Origin: an uncultured Verrucomicrobiae bacterium
Lineage (GTDB): Bacteria > Verrucomicrobiota > Verrucomicrobiia > Chthoniobacterales > JAFAMB01
Reading direction: 5' to 3'
Length of the DNA: 64,000 nucleotides
Assembly: GCA_963837955.1 (NCBI GenBank)
Contig: CAWIPH010000002.1
Span: 800,001 to 864,000, forward strand
This document shows positions 30,189-40,613 of the stretch, piece by piece. Position 1 is the stretch's first letter. Every line of letters begins with the position of its first letter. Both the position numbers and the translations under genes were made by a program. Under the pieces are notes generated by a model, which ran no database searches, had not been told where the DNA came from, and saw only the letters and a program-made list of their open reading frames with translations.

Positions 30189-30307
30189 AATTTGTTCCTC
30201 ATTTCGGCTGATTGGGGGTGGCGCCGTTATTGGCCGATTATTAGCGGGAGGAAGAGCACTCGCTGACTTGCTTTTCCAAGGTCTGAAGCTAAAAATGACT
30301 CTTTTCC

Positions 30308-31396
30308 ATGAAAGTAATCGCGCGCTGGTGCCTCATTTTTGCGTCGATAAGCCTGCATCAAGCCGCATCTGCGGATATATCTAGCGCTTCGTGTGAGGCG
30401 GCTCAAAAATATTCTGCCGAGCGCCGCGGTCTCTCGCTCCTAGTTTTACAGGATGATCATATCGTTTATGAGGCCTACTCCAATGGTTTCGGTCCCGATC
30501 AGATCACCTCGATCTATAGCGGCACAAAGGGCTTCTGGTGCGCGGCGGCAGTTGCGGCTGAGCAGGACGACATTTTGGATTTGGATGAGCCGGTGAAAAA
30601 TACCATCACGGAATGGCAGGCCGAGCCGGACAAAGCGAACATACGAGTCCGGGACCTCCTGCATTTCACGGCTGGAATCGAGCCGGTCTTCGCTTTGCAC
30701 GGAAAAACCATTGGCGATCGTAACGCGTACAGCATTCGCCGCCCGGCAGTTCGAAGTCCGGGGATGTCATTCATGTACGGGCCGAGCCAGCTCCAGATCT
30801 TCTCGGAAGTGCTTCGGCGCAAACTATTGTCGCGACATCTAACTCCGCGAGCATACCTGACGCGTCGGATTTTGCGTCCACTGGGTATTGGCGACGTTGA
30901 TTTTCGCGAAGACGGCGCCGGAAATCCACTCCTGGCCTCGGGCTTTAAACTAACGGCCCGCCAATGGCTGGCTCTCGGAATTCTCGTGCTCCATAAAGGC
31001 AAGTATGGGCAGCGGCAGATTGTCTCCAGCGAATTAATTGGCGAATGTTGGCGAGGCTCCCGCGCCAATCCGATGTTCGGCATGGGATTTTGGCTCAACC
31101 GAACCGCCAGCGATCCTTCGGCCCGCGAGGTTGATGTGGAAAAGATGCTGGAGGTTCCGTGGCAACGAGAGGATTGGCAGCATGACTGTCTCTGCAAAGA
31201 CGCTCCGCGCGATATGATTGCCTCTATAGGTTCAGCTTATCAACGAATGTTCATCATTCCATCGATGAACGTGATTATCGTTCGGCAGGGGCGAGATGCG
31301 AGTTTCTCCGATGGGAAATTCTTGAGACTCATCCTGGGCAAAGACCAATTACATAAGGCGTTCGCCCATTCTTCTTCGATCGGACGATCTTCCTGA
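30308..31396 (+). CDS. Exported serine hydrolase (beta-lactamase/AmpC-like fold)
   Basis: Signal peptide, SGTK (SxxK), LLHFTAG, PG..FMY, PLGI. Confidence 0.88.
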   Translation: MKVIARWCLIFASISLHQAASADISSASCEAAQKYSAERRGLSLLVLQDDHIVYEAYSNGFGPDQITSIYSGTKGFWCAAAVAAEQDDILDLDEPVKNTITEWQAEPDKANIRVRDLLHFTAGIEPVFALHGKTIGDRNAYSIRRPAVRSPGMSFMYGPSQLQIFSEVLRRKLLSRHLTPRAYLTRRILRPLGIGDVDFREDGAGNPLLASGFKLTARQWLALGILVLHKGKYGQRQIVSSELIGECWRGSRANPMFGMGFWLNRTASDPSAREVDVEKMLEVPWQREDWQHDCLCKDAPRDMIASIGSAYQRMFIIPSMNVIIVRQGRDASFSDGKFLRLILGKDQLHKAFAHSSSIGRSS

Positions 31397-31413
31397 CAAC
31401 AAAGCATTGGCGT

Positions 31414-32586
31414 CTATTTGCGGACTGCTAGAATCAGCGTCGAACTTCGACGGTTCCACTGATAGCCAAAGCTGAAGGTCAACGTTTTTGGCGAACTTGC
31501 CTGATAATACTGGTGTAAGTCCGGCTGAAAGTAGTTCTTAAAGAGCTCGATCGGGCCCGTGTAGGTTCCGAAAAATCGAAGAGTCCATTTGTCGGGAGTG
31601 AAGTATCGAACCGGGATACCCGAATCATCCTCGAGAACTAGCCCGCTGCTATTCAGGATGGAAGTGCGCACGGTGTTGAAATGATTTTCGTGCATTAAAT
31701 AGGATGCCGCTTTCAGAAAGCTATTGGCTGGCGCAAACTGTTCGCAGAAACGCAAAACACCGGCATTTTTCTTGGCACCGTCGTCGGAGAGATCGGCCGT
31801 AAAGAAGTAGAGAGTCTTTTGAGTGCCGGTGGCTGGATCGGAAAAGCTAATCTTTACACCGTGGGTTGGGCCTCCATTTCCGCTGACCACTGTTCCGTTT
31901 TGCTCCAAGGAAACGTACTCGACCGCCGAAATATCCTTTCCGGTGCGAGCGAGGAAAACGAAGATAATCGGTAGAACACCCTTGAGTTGCCCTCGCTCAA
32001 AATCCTCCCGCATGTCCTTAGTCTTAAAGAAGCTGAATTGGAGCAGCGTGTTAAGGGAAATCTGAATGTTCTGCAGCGTAGAAATCAAACTCCCCTGGGG
32101 CACTGTCAAAAGGTCGGGCATCGGATCGACTGCTTCCAATCCCCCTAGAATATAGGTGGTACAGTCCGGGAAGAAGGCGTCAGCATACAAGAAGTCGGGA
32201 CCGCTAAAATAATAAAGGCAGGTCTTGGAACCTCCGGAAGGGAGCATGTCGGAACGCCAAACCCTGATGTTGCTTAGCTGGCGTTGTTCCAACTGGGCAA
32301 AAGCCGTGTTCATGGCAGCCGCATGCGCCTGCCAGCGGGGATCTCGCGTCAATGAGCGAAGCGAAGAGCTTTCCGATACCGGCAAGCCGGCCAAGTAGCG
32401 GGCAGCGTCAGTTGCGTCGGACGATCTAGCAGTTGTGGTCGGCTGCTCTGGGGCGGTCGGGACGGCCGTTGGCTGCTGAGGTTCCGGAACACCGGGTGTC
32501 GGCTCGACGTTCTGGGCGAACATCGAAGAACTAAGCAGCAGGACGAGTGCGCTTACCTGAAGCGGAATCCACGAATGTTTAAACAT
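31414..32586 (-). CDS. Exported conserved-looking hypothetical protein
   Basis: Signal peptide, P/T-rich linker, then a globular domain (YFSGPDF, SFFKT, KAASYLMH, DDSGIP). Confidence 0.85.
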   Translation of the reverse strand: MFKHSWIPLQVSALVLLLSSSMFAQNVEPTPGVPEPQQPTAVPTAPEQPTTTARSSDATDAARYLAGLPVSESSSLRSLTRDPRWQAHAAAMNTAFAQLEQRQLSNIRVWRSDMLPSGGSKTCLYYFSGPDFLYADAFFPDCTTYILGGLEAVDPMPDLLTVPQGSLISTLQNIQISLNTLLQFSFFKTKDMREDFERGQLKGVLPIIFVFLARTGKDISAVEYVSLEQNGTVVSGNGGPTHGVKISFSDPATGTQKTLYFFTADLSDDGAKKNAGVLRFCEQFAPANSFLKAASYLMHENHFNTVRTSILNSSGLVLEDDSGIPVRYFTPDKWTLRFFGTYTGPIELFKNYFQPDLHQYYQASSPKTLTFSFGYQWNRRSSTLILAVRK

Positions 32587-32636
32587 AAGAGTGTCACAGG
32601 CTTGGAAGACCGATTAACTACCGAATTTCTCAATGC

Positions 32637-33974
32637 TCACTGGCCGGAACTGAGAGCGTCTGTACCGGAGGGCTCCGGTAAAGGAGAATCGGTGTTGCGC
32701 GAGAAGAAATAGACGATCAAGCCTGCCAATACAGTAAGCAACCCCAGGATTGACTCTGTCGGTTTTTCCAAAAGAACGCGGTACATCATGTACAGCGTCA
32801 TCGCTAGGAACACCACTGGAGTTATCGGATAAAACCAAACCCGGTAAGGCCTAGTCAGGCGCGGCTCGCGAAAGCGCAACACAATCAAACCGAGAACAGT
32901 GAGGAAAGAGCAAAGCAGCAGACTGAATTGAATATAAACCAAAATCGCTTCGAACGTCGAAGTGAGGATCAGCGCAGAAATGATAAAGGCTTGGAGAAGG
33001 AGCGCAACATAGGGTGTATTTTGACGGTTTGTCCGTCCGAAAAAGCGTAAGTTTTTCAGGTCGTCAGCCATCGCTTTCGTAATGCGCGAACCGATCCATG
33101 CCATCGCGCTGATCGAAGCGATCAGACCAAGGCTAATCGAGGCGCTGGCAACCTTTCCACCGATGGATCCAAAGATGGCTTCGCCGGCGATTTCACCCAC
33201 CTGAAGTTGCCCTGCTAGGGCGGCCTTGGGCGTGGTCAGCAGGAAAACGAAGTTGAGTAGTACATAGAGCACTGCGACGAATACGGTCCCGATGAAGAGC
33301 GCCCAAGGGACATTCTTGGATGGATTCCGGACCTCCCCGGTAATGTAGGAGGCCGCGTTCCAGCCCGAATACGAGTACATGACGTAGAACATACTCACCC
33401 AAAACGGACCAGAGATAATGCTAGTTAGGTCGCTGCCGCTAGGAACGAGTTGTAGGGGCTGTTTTTCGGAGACTAGGAACCCGGCTACAATGAACGCCAG
33501 GATCAACACGAGCTTTACGATCGTTGAAATATTCTGAAACGCGGCCCCGGTATGAATACCGGTCGAATGGATAATGGTAATCACCCAGACAATGGCGAGG
33601 GAGAGCAGGAGAGGCGACCCAATTGGCACGAGCGCGATGAGGTAATGGCCAAACGCCATCGCCGCTAAAGCAATCGGTGCGGCGAAACCGACTGTCGCTG
33701 AGACCCAACCCGCCATAAAGCCGACGGCGGGATGATAAATGCGCGAAAGAAAGCGATACTCTCCGCCAGATCGAGGAATAGCCGCAGCCAACTCCGCGTA
33801 ACAGAGTGCGCCGCAGAGAGCGGCCACTCCGCCGAAAATCCAGAGTGCGATCAACGCAACGTCGGAGTGGATGGAAGCAATTTGAAAACCGAGACTTGTA
33901 AAGACACCGGTGCCAATCATGTTGGCGACCACTATGTTGGTGGCGGTAAATCCGGAAATCTTCTTTTCAGTCAT
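32637..33974 (-). CDS. APC-family amino acid permease
   Basis: MIGTGVF, YAELA...PRSGGEY, YSGWN, RPYRV; about 12 TM. Confidence 0.93.
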   Translation of the reverse strand: MTEKKISGFTATNIVVANMIGTGVFTSLGFQIASIHSDVALIALWIFGGVAALCGALCYAELAAAIPRSGGEYRFLSRIYHPAVGFMAGWVSATVGFAAPIALAAMAFGHYLIALVPIGSPLLLSLAIVWVITIIHSTGIHTGAAFQNISTIVKLVLILAFIVAGFLVSEKQPLQLVPSGSDLTSIISGPFWVSMFYVMYSYSGWNAASYITGEVRNPSKNVPWALFIGTVFVAVLYVLLNFVFLLTTPKAALAGQLQVGEIAGEAIFGSIGGKVASASISLGLIASISAMAWIGSRITKAMADDLKNLRFFGRTNRQNTPYVALLLQAFIISALILTSTFEAILVYIQFSLLLCSFLTVLGLIVLRFREPRLTRPYRVWFYPITPVVFLAMTLYMMYRVLLEKPTESILGLLTVLAGLIVYFFSRNTDSPLPEPSGTDALSSGQ

Positions 33975-34164
33975 GCATTTGCGGCGTTCCGTTGCCACTT
34001 GTTAGTCGAAGCACTCCCAGCACGCAAAACAAAAACGATTGACCACCGCCCCATGGTACAACTGCTGCACGGAGCGGAAACCGCTAAATTAACCTGGCGA
34101 GGCTCCAGGAAGTCCGGTCCATCGAGATGGCTTCACATTGCCCTTTTCTGCCCACCCGCGCTTC

Positions 34165-35016
34165 TCATTCTAGGAAAAAGTCGGCAAGCAGTTTTTGCCG
34201 CGGATCGACAGCGTAACGAGTGAAATCGGTCATTCCTGTCTCGCGGAGAACATCTTCGTCTATGCAAAATCGACCCGTAAATGCGCCGGCGTCCTTGGTT
34301 AGTATAATATGGGCTGCATCGGCGACGATTTCCGGCTTTCGGCACCGGAGCGGATCGACGCCGGGAATCATCGCCAGCGCAGCGGTCCGGATCGCGGTCT
34401 TTGGCCAAAGACAGTTGAAGGCCACACGCTCCGCTTTCCATTCAGCAGCGAGTCCGAAAGTAACCATGGCCATGGCAAACTTGGAGACCGTGTACGCCGT
34501 GTGTTGTGCGAACCAACGCGGATCGATGGAGACCGGTGGAGCTAGCGTCAACACATGAGGGTTTTCTCGACCGATCAAATAAGGAAGGCATAACTTGGCA
34601 CAGAGAAAAGTGCCGCGAGCATTGACTTGCTGCATGAGATCGTAGCGCTTGAGTTCAGTTGCATCCGCGCGTGTCAATTGGATGGCGCTCGCGTTATTAA
34701 CCAGAATGTCAATGCCCCCAAATTGCCGCGCGCATTCGGATACTGCGGCAGCAACCTGCTCTTCCGACCGGATATCCACCTGCAGTGGCAACGCCTTCCC
34801 GCCAGCGTTTTCAATTTCTTTTGCGGCGGTATAGATGGTGCCCGGCAAACGAGGATGAGGGTTCGCAGTTTTAGCGACTACGGCAATATTTGCCCCATCT
34901 TTCGCGGCGCGCAACGCGATGGCCAAACCGATGCCGCGACTCGCGCCAGTTACAAACAAGGTACGACCTTTCAAATTGGGCTGTTCCACGCCAGCTATTT
35001 TACTGCGTGTCTGCAC
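34165..35016 (-). CDS. SDR oxidoreductase (HSDL2-like)
   Basis: TGASRGIG, HPRLPGTI, NNASAI, YTVSK, LWPKT. Confidence 0.92.
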   Translation of the reverse strand: MQTRSKIAGVEQPNLKGRTLFVTGASRGIGLAIALRAAKDGANIAVVAKTANPHPRLPGTIYTAAKEIENAGGKALPLQVDIRSEEQVAAAVSECARQFGGIDILVNNASAIQLTRADATELKRYDLMQQVNARGTFLCAKLCLPYLIGRENPHVLTLAPPVSIDPRWFAQHTAYTVSKFAMAMVTFGLAAEWKAERVAFNCLWPKTAIRTAALAMIPGVDPLRCRKPEIVADAAHIILTKDAGAFTGRFCIDEDVLRETGMTDFTRYAVDPRQKLLADFFLE

Positions 35017-35142
35017 GGGAATAAAAAAGAATTGGCTTTTGGGTTTACCGAAAGTTAAAGCTCGTTGAGCGTCATTTTTGCATCATCTGCTTTCTGTTTA
35101 GCTGTCGAGGAAAGTGGAAATACCCAAGGAAGAGAAGTCGCG

Positions 35143-36435
35143 ATGGATAATCGACCGTTTTTAAAACCTGCTAGCTACCTCCTCATCGGCGTGATCAGTG
35201 CTTGCTGGGCAGGGTGTGGCAAGCAGAGTGCCGAACAGACAGCTCCGCCGCCTCCCCCGGTAACTGTAGCCAAGCCGGTAACGAAAGAGATCGTGGAATG
35301 GGATGAATACACTGGGCGGACCGACGCCGTTCAGAGTGTCAATATCACTGCGCGGGTTAGCGGCTACCTCTACAACATCACTTTTAAGGCGGGGGACATC
35401 GTCAACCAGAATGATCTTCTTTTTGTCATTGATCCCCGGCCCTACCAAGCTGCTTACGATCAGGCCAACGGACAACTGCGACAAGCAGAGGCGCAGCAAA
35501 AGCTCAATAACTTGAATCTGGCCCGGGCCGATGAGCTCCGGGCGAAGAACGTAATTGCCAAGCAGGACTACGATAATGCTGTGGCGCAAAAAAACGTGTC
35601 CGACGCGCAAGTTATCGCAGCACAGGCCGCGGTGGAATCGGCTAAGCTGAACTTAGACTTTACCGAAATTAAAGCGCCGATTACCGGCCGCATCGGCCGA
35701 GAACAGGTGACGGTCGGCAACCTGGTACAAACGGACTCGACCTTGCTCACTACGCTGGTGAGCGTCAACCCGATCTACGCCTATTTTAACGTCGATGAAC
35801 GCTCGGTGCTGAAATATCAGCAGCTAGTTAGAGAAGGTAAGCTGCCAGATCCCGCCAGTGGATCGGTCCCCGTCTACCTCCAGCTGGAAAATGAAAAAGA
35901 TTTTCCCCACAAGGGAACGATCGATTTCATCAACAACCAATTCGATCCATCAACCGGAACTCTGCAGGTCCGAGGTATATTTCCCAATGCGAATGGGTTT
36001 TTGGTGCCGGGATCTTTCGTTAGGGTCCGTGTGGCCGCGACTCCGAGGTACCAGGGTATACTCGTGACCGACCGAGCGATTGGCAGCGATCAGGGGCAGA
36101 AATTTGCCTTGATTGTGGGCGAGAACAATATGGTTGAGCTTCGGCCACTGGAACTTGGTCCAGTGGTGGATGGGCTTCGGGTTATTAGAAAAGGCCTCAC
36201 TGGAGGCGAGAATGTTATTATCAATGGGCTCGTGAACGCGCGGCCAGGTTCTAAGGTCAATCCCCAGCCGGGTGATATGAACCAGTTCACGGCCACCCAA
36301 CTCGAGTTGCAGAAAAATGTAACGGTGGAACCGGCCGCGACGGCGAAAGAAAAGCCGGGTGGAAACCAGCCGCGACCGGGACAATCGCCCAATCAGGGTA
36401 ACCAGCCGAGCGAAACGAAGCAGGGCGGCCAGTAA
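35143..36435 (+). CDS. RND efflux periplasmic adaptor subunit (MexE-like lipoprotein)
   Basis: Lipobox WAGC, EWDEYTGR, IDPRPY, APITGRIG, DQGQK. Confidence 0.93.
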   Translation: MDNRPFLKPASYLLIGVISACWAGCGKQSAEQTAPPPPPVTVAKPVTKEIVEWDEYTGRTDAVQSVNITARVSGYLYNITFKAGDIVNQNDLLFVIDPRPYQAAYDQANGQLRQAEAQQKLNNLNLARADELRAKNVIAKQDYDNAVAQKNVSDAQVIAAQAAVESAKLNLDFTEIKAPITGRIGREQVTVGNLVQTDSTLLTTLVSVNPIYAYFNVDERSVLKYQQLVREGKLPDPASGSVPVYLQLENEKDFPHKGTIDFINNQFDPSTGTLQVRGIFPNANGFLVPGSFVRVRVAATPRYQGILVTDRAIGSDQGQKFALIVGENNMVELRPLELGPVVDGLRVIRKGLTGGENVIINGLVNARPGSKVNPQPGDMNQFTATQLELQKNVTVEPAATAKEKPGGNQPRPGQSPNQGNQPSETKQGGQ

Positions 36436-36450
36436 CGCGGGAGAGCAGTT

Positions 36451-39400
36451 ATGAAATTCTCTCACTTCTTTATCGAACGCCCGATTTTCGCGATGGTGAT
36501 TTCCATCGTAATCGTCATCGCGGGTATGTTGGCATATCTCGGATTGCCGACAGCACAATACCCTGAGATCGCGCCCCCTACGATTCAAGTCACTGCGACC
36601 TATCCCGGCGCCGATCCGAAAGTGGTCGCCGAGACCGTGGCCACACCGATCGAAGAGCAGGTCAACGGTGTCGAGAACATGCTTTACATGTCCTCGCAAT
36701 CGACCGCCGACGGCGCAATGACTCTGACAGTCACCTTCGCGCTTGGGACGAACTTAGATATCGCTCAGGTCTTGGTACAGAATCGTGTCGCCATCGCGAA
36801 CCCTCAGCTTCCGCAAACGGTCCGAGCCTTGGGTGTAACGGTGCAGAAACAGTCTCCTGACCTGATGATGGTTGTACATCTGCTCTCTCCCAAGGGTACC
36901 TATAATCAGGCGTATATTAGCAATTACGCGTTTCTTCAGGTTCGCGACGTGCTTTCCCGTCTGCTGGGGGTTGGCAATGTCAATGTCTTCGGTGCGCGTG
37001 AGTACAGCATGCGTATCTGGCTTGACCCGGACAGGATGTACTCAAGAGGTTTGACCACGGATGATATTGTCAGCGCTATCCAGGCGCAGAATATCCAAGT
37101 GGCAGCGGGACGACTTGGGGCTGAACCAGCCCCGCCGGGTACCGAACTTCAACTGACGCTCAATACGCAGGGTCGTCTCATCACGCCGGACCAATTTGGT
37201 CAAATCATTGTGAAGCGCGGCGACAATGGGCAGATTGTTTATCTGGCAGACGTCGGGCGCGTCGACCTCGGAGCCAAGGATTACAACGTTAACTCCTATC
37301 TGGACGATCAACCGGCGGTGGCGTTGGCGATTTTTCAGCTTCCAGGCTCTAACGCAGTAAAGACTGCGCATGCGGTGCGGGACACGATGAAGAATCTTTC
37401 CCAATCCTTTCCCCAAGACTTGGAGTACACCATCGTCTACGATCCGACGCAGTTCATCGAGCAATCGGTCGAAGCGGTCATCCACACGCTATTTGAAGCG
37501 GTGATTCTGGTTTTGATTGTTGTACTGGTTTTTCTGCAGACTTGGCGTGCGACCATCATTCCTCTACTGGCAGTGCCAGTTTCCCTGATTGGCACCTTTG
37601 CGGTATTGGCTGCGTTTGGTTTCTCGCTCAATAACTTGTCTCTGTTTGGACTGGTGCTCGCGATCGGGATTGTCGTCGATGATGCGATCGTGGTCGTAGA
37701 GGCAGTCGAGCATAACATCGAACTGGGTATGCCGCCCAAGGAGGCGACCGAAAAGGCGATGGACCAAGTTGGAGGTGCGGTCGTCGCGATCGCCATCGTT
37801 CTTAGCGCAGTGTTTATTCCAACTGCGTTTATTAGCGGCATTACCGGGCAGTTTTATCGTCAGTTCGCCTTAACGATCGCTGTATCAACGTTGATCTCGG
37901 CCTTTAACTCTCTGACGTTAAGTCCGGCCCTGGCCGGGTTGCTGCTGAAGCCGCGGGACGCAAAGAAAGACATTTTGACCCGGGCCTTCGATCTCGTCCT
38001 GGGCTGGTTTTTCCGTCTCTTTAACAAGACGTTTAACGCTAGCGTGAACGGCTACACCCGGGTTGTGCACCGGCTATTACGGCTCTCGGCGATCGTGTTG
38101 CTTGTCTACGTTGGCCTGTTGGTTTTGACCGGGTGGGAGTTCGACAAGACGCCTGGCGGATTCATTCCGACCCAAGACCAGGGTTATTTGATTGTATTCG
38201 CGCAGTTGCCTGACGGCGCGTCGCTCCAGAGATCGGATCAAGTGCGCAAGGAGATATCTGATATCGCTCTCAAAGTTCCAGGGGTTGCCCATACCGTGGA
38301 GTTCACCGGATTCTCCGGGCTCGATGGTACAAATCGCAATAACACGGTGACAACGTTCCTGCCGCTGGCCCCCTTCGCAGACCGGGTCAAAGATCCGAAA
38401 TTGAGCGGGCCCGGCATTACGGCGGCACTCCGCCCGAAATTTGCTCAAATCCAGGAGGCGAGAGTGCTCGTTTTTCCGCCACCGCCAGTGCGCGGAATCG
38501 GGAATGCCGGTGGATTCAAAATGCAGGTTCAGGATCGGCGCGGAGCAGGGCTGCCAGCCTTACAGGCGGCAACCGACCTTTTGATTGCCAAGGCAAGTTC
38601 CGGGCACGGTCTGGTCGGATTGTTCACGAGTTTTCGCTCCCAGGTCCCACAGCTTTACCTGAATATCGATCGGCGAAAAGCCGAGACCCTGGATGTTCCG
38701 TTGAACTCGGTATTCGACACTTTGCAAGCTTATCTGGGATCGACTTACGTCAACGATTTCAATTTTTTGAACCGGACCGATCAGGTCAACATCCAGGCGG
38801 ACGCTCCGTTTCGGGTCGAACCCGAATCAATTGGGAAGCTCTACACGCGAAATAACAAGAACCAGATGGTTCCTCTGGGCACGTTGCTCGACATCCAAGA
38901 AATCAACGGGCCGGACAAGGTGATGCATTATAACATTTATCCGTCGGCAGAAATCAACGGAAATACATTGCCAGGGGTAAGCTCGGGACAGGCTATTCAG
39001 GTGATGGACCAGCTGGCGAAGGAGAATCTGCCAAGCCAATTTGGCTTTGAATGGACGGAACTGACGCTCCAACAGATCCTGGCCGGCAACTCTTCGGTCT
39101 ACATTTTCCCGCTCTGCGTGCTCTTCGTTTTTTTGGTATTGGCTGCTCAATATGAGAGTTGGTCGCTGCCTTTGGCGATCATCCTCATTGTACCGATGTG
39201 TCTGTTTGCGGCAATTTCCGGTGTTTTGTTCAGATCAATGGACAACAACATTTTTACCCAAATTGGTTTTGTTGTCTTGGTTGGGCTGGCGTGTAAGAAC
39301 GCCATCCTCATCGTCGAATTTGCAAAGCAACAGATGGATGCCGGCCACGATCGGATGGATGCAGCGGTTGCGGCGGCCAAGCTACGTCTTCGCCCCATCT

Positions 39401-39633
39401 TAATGACTTCATTTGCATTTACTCTCGGCGTGCTGCCGCTGGTTGTAGCAGTCGGTCCCGGCGCCGAAATGCGGCAAGCGATCGGCACGGCCGTGTTCAG
39501 TGGTATGATTGGCGTCACACTGTTCGGGATCTTCCTGACTCCGGTTTTCTTTTCCGTGATCATGAAACTGTTCGGCAGTAAACCTGGTGAGAAGAGAGCG
39601 CCGGTTGAGCAGGTTCCCGTTGGTCAAAAGTAG
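36451..39633 (+). CDS. RND efflux permease (HAE1, MexF-like)
   Basis: FFIERPIFA, IGIVVDDAIVVVE, KNAILIVEFA, RLRPILMTS; 1060 aa. Confidence 0.96.
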   Translation: MKFSHFFIERPIFAMVISIVIVIAGMLAYLGLPTAQYPEIAPPTIQVTATYPGADPKVVAETVATPIEEQVNGVENMLYMSSQSTADGAMTLTVTFALGTNLDIAQVLVQNRVAIANPQLPQTVRALGVTVQKQSPDLMMVVHLLSPKGTYNQAYISNYAFLQVRDVLSRLLGVGNVNVFGAREYSMRIWLDPDRMYSRGLTTDDIVSAIQAQNIQVAAGRLGAEPAPPGTELQLTLNTQGRLITPDQFGQIIVKRGDNGQIVYLADVGRVDLGAKDYNVNSYLDDQPAVALAIFQLPGSNAVKTAHAVRDTMKNLSQSFPQDLEYTIVYDPTQFIEQSVEAVIHTLFEAVILVLIVVLVFLQTWRATIIPLLAVPVSLIGTFAVLAAFGFSLNNLSLFGLVLAIGIVVDDAIVVVEAVEHNIELGMPPKEATEKAMDQVGGAVVAIAIVLSAVFIPTAFISGITGQFYRQFALTIAVSTLISAFNSLTLSPALAGLLLKPRDAKKDILTRAFDLVLGWFFRLFNKTFNASVNGYTRVVHRLLRLSAIVLLVYVGLLVLTGWEFDKTPGGFIPTQDQGYLIVFAQLPDGASLQRSDQVRKEISDIALKVPGVAHTVEFTGFSGLDGTNRNNTVTTFLPLAPFADRVKDPKLSGPGITAALRPKFAQIQEARVLVFPPPPVRGIGNAGGFKMQVQDRRGAGLPALQAATDLLIAKASSGHGLVGLFTSFRSQVPQLYLNIDRRKAETLDVPLNSVFDTLQAYLGSTYVNDFNFLNRTDQVNIQADAPFRVEPESIGKLYTRNNKNQMVPLGTLLDIQEINGPDKVMHYNIYPSAEINGNTLPGVSSGQAIQVMDQLAKENLPSQFGFEWTELTLQQILAGNSSVYIFPLCVLFVFLVLAAQYESWSLPLAIILIVPMCLFAAISGVLFRSMDNNIFTQIGFVVLVGLACKNAILIVEFAKQQMDAGHDRMDAAVAAAKLRLRPILMTSFAFTLGVLPLVVAVGPGAEMRQAIGTAVFSGMIGVTLFGIFLTPVFFSVIMKLFGSKPGEKRAPVEQVPVGQK

Positions 39634-39677
39634 GCGTCGCTGTATCTTCTGGAGGAATGGAGGTATCATAATTCACT

Positions 39678-40361
39678 ATGAGTCAGACCGGCATTCGCAC
39701 CGACGCCGATTGCGCTCATCGATTTATTTCGGCCGACCAGGCAGAACCGGGCCCGGAGCCTGCCCTGGTTCTTCTCCACGATTCCGGTGCGAACGAGGAG
39801 CAGCTGCTTTCGATCGCGGAAGTCTGGACGCGCAATCATCGAAGCAATGTGCTGAGCCTCCGGGGATGGTTTCCCTATAATGAAGGGTATTCCTTCTTGG
39901 GGAGCCCGAACGACTCAATTTGTAAGGAGACCTGTTTCATCGAAAGGGCTGACCGGATCTCAACGTTTCTCCAGTGGGCAGTCAGTGAGTACGACCTTAA
40001 CCCAGGACGAATCGTCGTATTCGGGATGGGTGATGGAGCTACTCTGGCCGCTTCTCTCCTTTTTGTGCATTCCGAACTGTTGGGTGGTGCGGTTTTAATT
40101 CGACCCAGATCTCCGTTTCGGCCGAAGCCGCTGCCCGCACTTCCGTGTTATCCAATCCTCCTCGTTACCGGCCAGCGCGAGTCTGCTGATTTTCAATCTG
40201 AAGCCAACGAGCTGGCTGATCTGCTGTTCCAATGCGGTTGTAGCGTCCGGCGGGCGCGAGCGCCTCTCGATCACCGCTTTGAAGCCAAGGTGATCCGCGC
40301 CGGCAGCGCTTGGTATCGCAAAGTCTCGTCGGTCGACATTTCTATCGAATGCGCGATCTGA
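39678..40361 (+). CDS. Alpha/beta hydrolase (phospholipase/carboxylesterase-like) with degenerate active site
   Basis: LVLLHDSGANE and VLSLRG are present, but the nucleophile elbow reads GMGDG instead of GxSxG. Confidence 0.75.
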   Translation: MSQTGIRTDADCAHRFISADQAEPGPEPALVLLHDSGANEEQLLSIAEVWTRNHRSNVLSLRGWFPYNEGYSFLGSPNDSICKETCFIERADRISTFLQWAVSEYDLNPGRIVVFGMGDGATLAASLLFVHSELLGGAVLIRPRSPFRPKPLPALPCYPILLVTGQRESADFQSEANELADLLFQCGCSVRRARAPLDHRFEAKVIRAGSAWYRKVSSVDISIECAI

Positions 40362-40613
40362 GGTGAGCTTAGGTAGGGCGAAAACCTCGGCGCGCCCTGA
40401 GGCTACTATTTTGTCCATGTGGTTCGCGCCGGGTTTGAGCCACGCGCTTTCTCGATCTGTGTTGCGTCTCGTCGCTGCGTTCATTCAGTGCGGCATGAAG
40501 ATGGGCGAGGGGATAGGGAGCGATCGCGCGTCGTTAAATTTGCCTTGTGGTTTTTTTCCCGATGAGGAAAATCCCGAGCGGGTTTTATCATCGAGTCGAT
40601 AGAAGTCTTTATC

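Noticed and set aside
30514..31197. 227-aa antisense ORF
   Set aside because: Shadow of the serine hydrolase gene.
32637..32660. C-terminal SGQ of the permease as a UBact-like tag
   Set aside because: Lacks the RQR[ST]G[EQ] context and ends a polytopic transporter; probably coincidental.
35143..39633. RND pair lacking an outer-membrane factor gene
   Set aside because: Common; the outer-membrane factor is often encoded elsewhere.
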